This document shows positions 48,435 through 59,561 of a DNA stretch of 64,000 bases, in pieces (within the stretch, counting starts at the first letter, position 1; every line of letters begins with the position of its first letter). Origin of the DNA: Macrostomum lignano. Its lineage: Eukaryota. The notes under the pieces are model-generated. The model searched no databases. It worked only from the letters and a program-made list of their open reading frames with translations, and was not told the DNA's origin. The position numbers and the translations under genes were made by a program. The stretch lies in the NCBI GenBank assembly GCA_002269645.1, contig NIVC01001630.1:62001-126000 (forward strand). The letters run 5' to 3'.

Positions 48435-48953
48435 CGTGGGTCAGCAATTCCGCATTACTAGACTTGGTGTAAAAGTTTCGTGAAAAGTCGTCGATTATTT
48501 ATCTTGTTTGTCAATTGACACTGGCTGGCACGGCACGTCAGGCATGATGTGATGTGTCAGGAACGAGACCGATCAAGCGAAACCGACAGCCGACCCACTC
48601 CACAGAGTCGCGGAGAAAGTACCCACTGTAAGCCAGAAGAAGGACGTGCAAAACTTCAAATCGATTGCTACTTTAGATATCATTTTCAGTTGAAGTGTTT
48701 ATCATTCCGTGACAAAGAAGTTGCTGTCGAGAACATTCTGTCAGTTGTCAAAAAATTTTCTCACTTTTAAAGAAGCTACTGCACTTGTTCAAGCGTTAGT
48801 GAATGATGAAATAAAATGCTTTAATATGTTAAAATAATGACACTTTAAATTTACCTAAACTTGTACGCGCTCGTAACTGGCAGATGCTTTCAAAAAACTA
48901 CTCTCACCCGAAGCCAACAACTGTCTGAATGTCAAGCATGAGCTGAAGGACCA

Positions 48954-51781
48954 ATGTTTTTTCTATCTTGTTTTCCTACTGCTTGCTCGCATCATTGGTG
49001 AATTTGGCAATTTTAAAAACGTTTTCTCCTCTGTTTAATGAATTTTATCGCGATTTTTTTAAATTTGATTTCAGCTACGGATGGCCGCGAGTTCGAGCTT
49101 GTGCCCAGTCGATCGATCGTCATTGACGACTCGGTGAGCAGCAGCCTATTCTACGAGTCCGACAACTTTCGCTCCGACGCTGAGTGTCTGTCGTGGTGTG
49201 AGCAACGACTGTGCGTTGTGGCAGTCGTGAATGTCACCGGCCGCGTCTGCCAGCTGGTCTTGATCAATGATGAGTCATCCGGTCAGCCTGGACCGAACGG
49301 CAGTCACGTGACAAGACAGCTCGGCTCGCCCGGCAACTTTGCAGTTCGTCTGTGGAAAGCTGATGATTTTGAGCGACAACTGAAGACGAGAATGATCTTT
49401 CAAGACCGCTTGTTTGCTCGTAAGTCGTTTGCAAAGTACAAGTAATCAACGTGTATTAAAATCAAGGCCTAAGACCCTATAAACTGTATGACTTGACCGG
49501 GTGATAATGTCAAGATAAAGAGTATGAGCATCTAAACCTGCTTTATTGCTTACGAATTCAAAATTCAGCCTACTTCAGACTACTTAAGTAGAAGGACAGG
49601 AAACCTGGTTTCTTGGAAAGTTTTAAGAGGCAGGTTTTTTTTAAAAAAAATTCTCCCTTGTAGCCAGTGCGTTTGCGTCTGTGGTAAAAACCTATCGAAG
49701 TAATGCTTTTTGATGACTAGTTTAATAATAGATCGGCCTCCAAATTTTGTAGTTTTCCGGCCGTAGTTATAGAGTAGTCTGTGCAAAGTACTCAATTTTT
49801 CGGAAAAATCTGCTTTCTAACATTTTCCAAGAAACGTAGTTTATACCCGTCTAGAGTAGTCCTTGATTTCAGCATCGAAGGATTCCATGAAAGTAATTTT
49901 ACGTATCGTCATGCTTATCTTAACGGTGATTCAATACATATACCTGCATATTTCAGCTAGCGGCATTGGTCGAAACGGAATTATTCAAAACAGCATCATC
50001 AACGTTTCCGGTTGCTATCGTATTGAAGCATTCGGAGCCGCTGGTGGAAGAGTACCGGTTAGACTGAGCACTACGATGAAAGGCGGAAAAGGTGCCTCCG
50101 CGTTTGGAAACTTTTATCTGGCTGCCGGGACCCGACTTAATATTGTTGTTGGTCAGGCTGGAGGCAATACAAGCTGCACCTACGGCGCTGGAGGCGGCGG
50201 TGGCAGCTTTGTCTACACCCTCGGCTCCAGTGGCGCGGCTCTACTGCTGATCGCTGCCGGGGGCGGTGGCGGCGGTTCCGTTCACTTCAGTGGTTAGTGT
50301 GGATACTATAAGTTTAACGGCTACGAGAAGCACTGTGCCCGTAAAGCAATGCGACGTAGGGTAACGTTCCCGAAATCTATGACAAATATGTACTTTTACA
50401 TAGACCGACGTTCAGCCGATGTATGACGTCATTTTTCGACGATGTAATGGCGGCATTAGTCGCACATTATAGGGTCAGGAAGGCAGAGGGTCAGGAAGGG
50501 ATAGAGGGTCAGGAAGGCAGAGGGTTAGGAAGGCAGAGAGTCAGGAATGGATAGAGGGTCAGGAAGGCAGAGGGTTAGGAAGGCAGAGAGTCAGGAATGG
50601 ATAGAGGGTCAGGAAGGCAGAGGGTTAGGAAGGCAGAGGGTCAGGAAGGGAAAGAGGGTCAGGAAGGGATAGAGGGTCAGGAACGGATAGAGGGTCAGGA
50701 AGGCAGAGGGTTAGGAAGGCAGAGTCAGGAAGGCAGAGGGTTAGGAAGGCAGAGTCAGGAAGGGATAGAGGGTCAGGAAGGGATAGAGGGTCAGGAAGGG
50801 ATAGAGGGTCAGGAAGGGATAGAGGGTCAGGAAGGGATAGAGGGTCAGGAAGGCAGAGGGTTAGGAAGGCAGGGTCAGGAAGGCAGAGGGTTAGGAAGGC
50901 AGAGTCAGGAAGGGATAGAGGGTCAGGAAGGGATAGAGGGTCAGGAAGGGATAGAGGGTCAGGAAGGGATAGAGGGTCAGGAAGGCAGAGCTGGTCAGGA
51001 AGGCAGAGGGTCAGGAAGGGATAGACGGTCAGGAAGGGAGAGGATCGGGAAGGGAGACGGTCAGGTAGGGAGAGGGTCAGGAAGGGAGCAGGTCGGGAAG
51101 GGAGAGAGTTATTTTTCGACGATGTAATGCTAAACATATTTGTCATAGACATCGATAGACGGCCGACGTCGCATTGCGGTAGGGGTCTGTATCTGTGCCA
51201 CAATTCAAGATTTTTACTGTACATGTTACCGACTCGAGCATTTACATGTACGAAGCAATTAAATATGGGGCTGGTATTTTCCAGGCATTGACGGCACTTC
51301 AAATACAACCGCCACTAGCGCTGGTCCAATTGGAAATATGTACAGCGGCAGCGGAGGAGCTTCAGGGCAGGCCGGTTTAACGCCAGACAATCGTCCGATG
51401 AATTTTCTTTACTGCTCCTGCAGCGGTCCTGGTGCCGGCTGGAGCAGCTCGGCCGTCGCTTGCACCTACGCAGAGTCCGGCAAAGGCGGCATTAGTCTTA
51501 CAGGAGGGTGGCTGGGTGGTGCTCGTAGCGGCTCATGCCCTACTGGCGATGGCGGCTTCGGCGGAGGCGGCGCTGGCGGAGGCTGTTGCGATGAGCCCCG
51601 GATGGGGGCCAGTGGCGGCGGAGGCGGCTACAGTGGAGGCGGTGCTAGTTCAGGTGCCAGTGGTAGCGGAGGTGGAGGCGGTTCCTTCTGCAGCGGATCC
51701 GGCTGCGTCGTTGCTTCTGGCGCCAACGCTGAGTTACACGGGCGCGTGCTATTGCGCATGGCGGGAAGTATCTGCAAATAG
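48954..51781 (+). CDS. Secreted PAN/Apple plus ALK/LTK-like glycine-rich domain protein, paralog 2 (4 exons; first exon frameshifted or uncertain)
   Basis: Exons about 48954-48997, 49075-49419, 49957-50292 and 51285-51781; phase-1 introns at the same positions as paralog 1, and both last exons are 497 nt. PAN: ECLSWCEQRLCVVAVVNVTGRVCQL. Gly-rich: GIIQNSIINVSGCYRIEAFGAAGG...FYLAAGTRLNIVVGQAGG...GGGGGSFVY...LLIAAGGGGG. Confidence 0.8.
49570..49865. mobile_element. Diverged ~295 bp copy of the CAAGGAC-family MITE in intron 2 of paralog 2
   Basis: Left GACTACTTAAGTAGAAGGACAGGAAACCTGGTTTCTT and right TTCCAAGAAACG...GTAGTCCTTG resemble the TIRs of 33758-34357. Flanks AATTCAGC / ATTTCAGC are a 7/8 match. 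Confidence 0.65.
50338..51185. mobile_element. MITE-like element with imperfect bipartite TIRs enclosing a purine-rich minisatellite (intron 3 of paralog 2)
   Basis: GCAATGCGACGT (50345) / ACGTCGCATTGC (51166) and CTATGACAAATATGT (50376) / ACATATTTGTCATAG (51134) are inverted pairs. An internal direct repeat ATTTTTCGACGATGTAATG lies at 50431 and 51111. No TSD identified. Confidence 0.55.
50472..51100. repeat. 18 bp purine-rich minisatellite (AGAGGGTCAGGAAGGGAT)n
   Basis: Directly visible; source of the GQEGIE and PDPLSL repeat ORFs. Confidence 0.95.
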
Positions 51782-53275
51782 TGAGAAAGCTGATAGCTGC
51801 GAATGACGGAATGTATTTAAACGTACTTTAGTTGCCCAGAATGAAGTCAAGTTATGCTTTCGTGTGGTGGAGCAGAGAGAAAATTGGGGACAGAGGAGAG
51901 AATTAAGAGAGAAGAAGGAAGAAGGGGAGAGAGGAGAAGGGGAGAGGAGAGGAAGAGAGCTGAGAAGAGACACAAACTTTGAGCGGGTCGTATCTGCGAA
52001 GTTTGAAAGGACCCGAAGGCCGGATAGAGAGTCTTCGCGGCCGTATGTGACGACCCATGCTATAGATGTCTAGGACTCGGATGCTCGAAGTTTATGCTTA
52101 TGGCCTTCTAATATTGTACCTTATTATTGTACCTTAATTGTATCTTATACCGGAATTGTACGTATTCACTTTATACATGTACTTGTTATTTATTGTATAC
52201 CCTCCCGCCACCCAAATTTCACTATCGCCTTACCTATATATCGTGTCTGTCTCTGTTATCCCTCGCGTTGAAATCGTGAAAATAAAAAAACTTCTCAGCT
52301 CCACATCGCACAAATCAAGACAGGCTTATTGGAAGAGGCAGAGATTGGATGAAGTTTGGGACGCAGCGACAGTACGCATCACCATAAGAAGTTCGCCGAT
52401 TTAGATGAAGCAAAATGAATTGTTTGGTTCAGCCTCCGCAAAAAAACTGCAACGAAGTTTGAGCACCGAGCTGTGCAGACTACAACGTGCGACGACTCAT
52501 GGTCAGTCTAATAATGTAAGGTGATGAATATTCTGAAAATATTTAGTGTGACTGTTTATACATAAATGCATACGTTGCATTGATACGAGTGTGCGCTCGT
52601 CCTGCAGTAGAAGCAGAGCATTAGCAAATATTTATATATAAACACGGACTTATATTGGCACCTACATATACGGCACTAATGGTACGACACTAACGGCCCA
52701 TGCACCTTACTGCAATTCAATTTGAGAACTGCAATTCACTTGACTCTCGATCGATAAGAACCACCATACATGTATATGCAGCTGCATGAGTATTCCGGAG
52801 CAAAAAACCCTAAAAAATTGAGTCCCAAAGTCGGTCAGGGGATATACTCTCAAAGTTGTTGCGGCCTCCGGGCTGTCCTCACAATAACCTGTTACTAAAA
52901 CTACTACTACATGTAGGCCAGGATTATCACGAGGGTGCTCATGCCTTTTGCATGTTGTGTTCTTTTTTAATGAAGCACATTTGTAATAAACGTTGCATAC
53001 AGCTGTTGCATATCTAAAAGCCATAATTGAAGGTATACATACAGCATATACATTATGTAGTTCCGTTTCAACGCATGTTTTATAGTAAGGCATAGTAGCA
53101 TTAATTTCTAGACCCGTTTAAATAGTTAAATGTTTACCAATATCTTTTCTTAGATTGTTTTTGATCTAATCCTTAAAAGCCTATTATTTTAAGCCAGACC
53201 TAGACAAGATTATTAATCTTCGCAGTGTACGTTGAATTTTTTTCCGGGAAATTGGTCTCTAAAAAATTACAGGAT

Positions 53276-56200
53276 TAGGGGCGTCGCCATGGATTTTATG
53301 GTAGGAAGACAAAGCCAACAATTATAATCTACATGTACATAACTAAATTCCTACATGTACATTATTTTCAGAAATGTACAAGCACTCATTTTAGCGCCGC
53401 AAGCACTCATTTTGGCGCCGCAGGCACTCATTTAAGAGCCGCAGGCACTCATTTTAGCGCCGCAGGAACTCATTTTAGCGCCGCAGGCATTCATTTTAGC
53501 GCCGGAGGCACTCATTTTAGAGCCGCAGGCACTCATTTTAGCGCCGCAGGCATTCATTTTAGCGCCGGAGGCACTCATTTTAGCGCCGCAGGCACTCATT
53601 TTAGCGCCGCAGGCACTCATTTTAGCGCCGCAGGCATTCATTTTAGCGCCGCAGGCACTCATTTTAGCGCCGTAGGCACTCATTTTAGCGCCGCAGGTAC
53701 TTATTTTAGCGCCGCAGGCACTCATTTTAGCGCCACAGGCATTCATTTTAGCGCCGCAGGCATTCATTTTAGCGCCGCAGGCACTCATTTTAGCGCCGCA
53801 GGCACTCATGTTAGCGCCGCAGGCACTCATTTTAGAGCCGTAGGCACTCATTTTAGCGCCGCAGGCACTTATTTTAGCGCCGCAGGCACTCATTTTAGAG
53901 CCGCAGGCACTCATTTTAGCGCCGCAGGCACTTATTTTAGCGCCGGAGGCACTCATTTTAGCGCCGTAGGCACTCATTTTAGCGCCGCAGGCACTCATTT
54001 TAGCGCCGCAGGCACTCATTTTAGCGCCGTAGGCACTCATTTTAGCGCCGCAGGCACTCATTTTAGAGCCGCAGGCACTCATTCTAGCGCCACAGGAACT
54101 CATTTTAGAGCCGCAGGCACTCATTTTAGCGCCGCAGGCACTCATGTTAGCGCCGCAGGCACTCATTTTAGAGCCGTAGGCACTCATTTTAGCGCCGCAG
54201 GCACTTATTTTAGCGCCGCAGGCACTCATTTTAGCGCCGTAGGCACTCATTTTAGCGCCGCAGGCACTCATTTTAGAGCCGCAGGCACTCATTTTAGCGC
54301 CGCAGGCACTCATTTTAGCGCCGCAGGAACTCATTTTAGCGCCACAGGAACTCATTTTAGAGCCGTAGGCACTCATTTTAGCGCCACAGGAACTCATTTT
54401 AGAGCCGCAGGCACTCATTTTAGAGCCGTAGGCACTCATTTTAGCGCCACAGGAACTCATTTTAGAGCCGCAGGCACTCATTTTAGAGCCGTAGGCACTC
54501 ATTTTAGCGCCGCAGGCACTCATTTTAGAGCCGTAGGCACTCATTTTAGCGCCGTAGGCACTCATTTTAGCGCCGCAGGCACTCATTTTAGCGCCGCAGG
54601 CACTCATTTTAGCGCCGCAGGAACTCATTTTAGCGCCGCAGGCACTCATTTTAGCGCCGCAGGCACTCATTTTAGCGCCGTAGGCACTCATTTTAGCGCC
54701 GCAGGCACTCATTTTAGAGCCGCAGGCACTCATTTTAGCGCCGCAGGCACTTATTTTAGCGCCGCAGGCACTCATTTTAGAGCCGCAGGCACTCATTTTA
54801 GAGCCGCAGGCACTCATTTTAGAGCCGCAGGCACTCATTTTAGCGCCACAGGCACTCATTTTAGAGCCGCAGGCACTCATGTTAGCGCCGCAGGCACTCA
54901 TTTTAGCGCCGTAGGCACTCATTTTAGCGCCGCAGGCACTCATTTTAGAGCCGCAGGCACTCATTTTAGCGCCGCAGGCACTTATTTTAGCGCCGCAGGC
55001 ACTCATTTTAGCGCCGCAGGCACTCATTTTAGAGCCGCAGGCACTCATTTTAGCGCCGCAGGCACTTATTTTAGCGCCGCAGGCACTCATTTTAGAGCCG
55101 CAGGCACTCATTTTAGAGCCGCAGGCACTCATTTTAGAGCCGCAGGCACTCATTTTAGCGCCACAGGCACTCATTTTAGAGCCGCAGGCACTTATTTTAG
55201 CGCCGTAGGCACTCATTTTAGCGCCGTAGGCACTCATTTTAGCGCCGCAGGCACTCATTTTAGAGCCGCAGGCACTTATTTTAGCGCCGCAGGCACTCAT
55301 TTTAGCGCCGTAGGCACTCATTTTAGCGCCGCAGGCACTCATTTTAGAGCCGTAGGCACTCATTTTAGCGCCACAGGAACTCATTTTAGAGCCGTAGGCA
55401 CTCATTTTAGCGCCACAGGAACTCATTTTAGCGCCGTAGGCACTCATTTTAGCGCCGCAGGCACTTATTTTAGCGCCGCAGGCACTCATTTTAGAGCCGC
55501 AGGCACTCATTTTAGAGCCGCAGGCACTCATTTTAGAGCCGCAGGCACTCATTTTAGCGCCACAGGCACTCATTTTAGAGCCGCAGGCACTCATGTTAGC
55601 GCCGCAGGCACTCATTTTAGCGCCGTAGGCACTCATTTTAGCGCCGCAGGCACTCATTTTAGAGCCGCAGGCACTCATTTTAGCGCCGCAGGCACTTATT
55701 TTAGCGCCGCAGGCACTCATTTTAGCGCCGCAGGCACTCATTTTAGAGCCGCAGGCACTCATTTTAGCGCCGCAGGCACTTATTTTAGCGCCGCAGGCAC
55801 TCATTTTAGAGCCGCAGGCACTCATTTTAGAGCCGCAGGCACTCATTTTAGAGCCGCAGGCACTCATTTTAGCGCCACAGGCACTCATTTTAGAGCCGCA
55901 GGCACTTATTTTAGCGCCGCAGGCACTCATTTTAGCGCCGTAGGCACTCATTTTAGCGCCGCAGGCACTCATTTTAGAGCCGCAGGCACTTATTTTAGCG
56001 CCGCAGGCACTCATTTTAGCGCCGTAGGCACTCATTTTAGCGCCGCAGGCACTCATTTTAGAGCCGTAGGCACTCATTTTAGCGCCACAGGAACTCATTT
56101 TAGAGCCGTAGGCACTCATTTTAGCGCCACAGGAACTCATTTTAGCGCCGTAGGCACTCATTTTAGCGCCGCAGGCACTCATTTTAGAGCCGTAGGCACT

Positions 56201-56553
56201 CATTTTAGCGCCACAGGCACTCATTTTAGAGCCGCAGGCACTCATTTTAGCGCCGCAGGCACTTATTTTAGCGCCGCAGGCACTCATTTTAGCGCCGCAG
56301 GCACTCATTTTAGAGCCGCAGGCACTCATTTTAGCGCCGCAGGCACTTATTTTAGCGCCGCAGGCACTCATTTTAGCGCCGCAGGCACTCATTTTAGCGC
56401 TATGTTTTGTCGCCCTGCAGCAAAACTATTGATTTCCATAACGGGTCATAATTGCAGGTAGGGGTGGGGGGACAAAGCATTGGCATGTCCCCCCCCCAAT
56501 CTTTTACGGGGGGGGGCATGTCCCCTCAGTCCCCCCGTTTGGCGACGCCCCTG
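53276..56553. mobile_element. Non-autonomous hAT-like element (3278 bp) filled by a minisatellite
   Basis: TIRs TAGGGGCGTCGCCA (53276) / TGGCGACGCCCCTG (56553) with a perfect 8-bp TSD TACAGGAT (53268-53275, 56554-56561). No transposase ORF. Confidence 0.85.
53383..56401. repeat. 21 bp minisatellite (TTTTAGCGCCGCAGGCACTCA)n
   Basis: About 144 units with single-base variants; source of the 1042 aa and 986 aa repeat ORFs. Confidence 0.98.
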
Positions 56554-59257
56554 TACAGGATCTTTGAGCTCTACGCGCGCGCGTCCAGTTACATTAAGTA
56601 GCTAAGTCCTTGACCCAAGCACTAGGACAAACAAGAATAGTGGCGAGGGTGTGTCTCCCTTGAGCACTCCAGACCGACTGATGAAATTTAAATGACATAC
56701 ATGTATGAAATTTTAATATGGCAGAACTGCCTATCGCATTAAATTGCGAGTTATGCCATATCATACGATCTCGATACAAAGAGCTTACGAAGTCTGCGAC
56801 ATCTTTAATTTTTACTGAACTAGTTCATTGCTTTAACAAATTGACACGATTTAATTTGTTTTAAGAAATAATTATTTTCACGCTATTTCAAACTGTATAC
56901 GTGTAATATAATAAAAAATAGGCCGAAACTCAACATTTGAATTGTTAGTCGAGTGCCAACTCAGCGCGCCGAGTTTAGTTATAGAGATTGGGCAATAAAA
57001 CAAACTACATTATAAAACAACTATACAAAATTATACATGTATAAATACATACAGTAAAAAGTACAGTAAAATAAAAAAATAGAATACGAATAAACATAAT
57101 AATGCACGAAGTAAAATATAATTACTTCTAAAAATAGATATGAAGATATGTGTGGTAGTGCGGTCTACCACACCAAGTCTTTTGACTGTTTATTTTTGGC
57201 ATTAATTTTCTACGAAACCATTTCCCTCCCTCTTCGAGGACGAAATTTTGTCGTCATCGCCTGTCCAATCGTTTGTCTCCCCGGTCCTGTCCCTGTTCCC
57301 GTGGCTGTTCATTTCGTTGCCCCATCCTGTGTTTTTTCTGTTTTCACCTGTTTTTCTGCGAGAATCCTTGGGTTGACCCCTCCCGTGGGCACCTTTTCCC
57401 CCGGTTGACCCGCTGGTTGCCCCGCTCGCTGCCCCACTGGTGCAACCAGCGGCCGGCGCTGCTCGTTGTTATTATATATATGGCCGTCCTGGCCGCCTTT
57501 ATGGCATTCCTCCTTTTCCCTTCTCCTCGTTTCTTTGTTGCTCTTCGTTCGTGTTTTGTGCTCTCTCTCTCTAGCGTTTTGTTTAAACCTTAATAGCGAC
57601 CGCCGTTAATTAAATTTATTAATTATTCCGCACCTCGGCACAGCCGGATTACCCTCTTTCGTAGCTGATTAAACATCTGTCGGCAAAATAGGAAATAATT
57701 TGGTGACCTGCTCTCTACTTAATTTCAGTAATCTATCGAAGCTCTAATAGTTTATCTTGAGTTATTTGCCTGTGGGGCGTTAAACAACCGAATTAGTCTC
57801 AACTCCGAACGAGCTCTGAGATCTCAACGTTCCATAATACGTAAATTACGGTGGTGGCAGCGCTACTCTGCTAAAAGTAATCAATTTGGAAAACTCAGAA
57901 AACGAAATTGTGGTGTCTAGATCATGGAGTCTACCGTCTGAACGACCGTGCCTGCTCAAGACCGCTCGACTACAATTACGACTACCCTTCCCCGGAATTG
58001 AGGACCCGGCAGACGGAGTATCCATAGGAGAAAGCGATTATCGAGTTTTACGGTGACAATTTCCGGCTTTACGAGTGCCGAGACAACGCAGGCGGCAATT
58101 CAAACATTTTAAACCGCCCACGCAGACTCACGTGTCCCCATTTTCTTCTCCGCCCCCACCTCATATGGCTGCACGCTGCTTTATAGATGAAGCGTGAAAA
58201 TTGGTTTCTAGTTCTCTTGTAAATTAATTAAAACTAATTCTATCAATAAATATGCAGGGATTTAGAAAGTTACAATACTGGAAATTTCTAGTGTACAAAC
58301 GACGTACTTTAAAATTGGCATACACATTTTGGCATCATCGGCGGCATAGGCCTAGGCCCTACCAATCCATAGCAACTTTTAGGCATAGGTAGAGCCAAAT
58401 TTTAGTATTAAAAAAGCAACAAATTTTGACATAAATGAAATGTGTAATAATGCATTGTTATATTTCTTTATTAAATTAATAAAAAGTAAATCTTAGGTTA
58501 TTAAATAAATCATAGAAAATTGTAATTAGGCATAGGCCTAGCCGTCTAGGGGCTAATGCCTAGTGGCTGATGCATAATAATTTTTAGGCTAGGCCCTATA
58601 AAATAATTTAATGTTTGAAAAATGACAAAAATTAATAAAATTTTCACAGCACTTACATCAAGTTGGTTAGAGTAAAAATCATATAATACAACAATTATGA
58701 TGGATTTATCAGTCATTTTGATCTAATAGGCCCTAGCCTAGGCCTAGCCCTAGGTATAAGTTTAGGCCTAAGCCAAAAAAAATCTGTTGAACCATTTTTT
58801 CCTCAAATCTATCACATTATATATCCCTATAATCTATATTTCAACAACTTATTTTTAATTTAAGTATAGGCCTATAGATATATATTAGAATTGGAAAGAA
58901 GGATTTTTGTTCTATAGGAATAGGCCTATGCTATGCTATGCATTATTGGAAATCCTATAGTTTTGCACATAAAATTATTTTTGTTGAAAATAATTACTGT
59001 TAAGACTCTTAGACTAGGCCTAGTAACTTTAAGCATAGTAGAATAGACAATAGGGAAAAATTAACATATTAGGTATCTAGGTCTATTTTGGTTTAAATGC
59101 ATGATTAAATGACTTCATTCAAAGAAAGAACCTTTCCACATGGAATATAGGGTATGCCAGTATGGCAGATAGGGTAGGCCTAAGCCTAACTATAAACTGG
59201 GCAAAGCAGAGTCTTTCCCAAGATTGTAACTAGCAGGTAGCACTGTAGCAGTAGTTA

Positions 59258-59561
59258 GACCATACATGCGCAACCTCCAAAATTCGTTTGGCCATGTAAC
59301 TTAATTTTAACAAAAATGTGATATAGTCTTTGGCCAAATATGTGACTTATATGTAAAAAAACCCTAAAGCAAAATTAACAAAACTTTGAGTATACAGCAA
59401 GAGTAACTATGACTGTCTTATTAAGTCAAAATGCCTCGTCAGCTACTTAGTACTACTACTTAGGTATTTTTTTAGATGGGCATTTTTACGACTTCCTTGA
59501 TTGGCCACCAAATTGGTTGGCCAGATCGGCCAACTTGGCTGACTGTTGCGCATGTATAAGC
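59258..59561. mobile_element. Possible MITE (~300 bp)
   Basis: ATACATGCGCAAC (59262) and GTTGCGCATGTAT (59545) form an inverted pair, with TA-containing flanks. Confidence 0.45.

Noticed and set aside
52370-52440. Pogo/Tigger CENP-B-like HTH remnant (KFADLDEAK*IVWFSLR)
   Set aside because: Too short and stop-interrupted to support without a database search.
53333-56461. 1042 aa and 986 aa ORFs
   Set aside because: Opposite-strand readings of the same 21 bp minisatellite inside a TIR/TSD-bounded element.
57148-58200. Short ORFs and possible promoter or first exon of a further gene
   Set aside because: No recognisable domain or consistent exon chain could be built.
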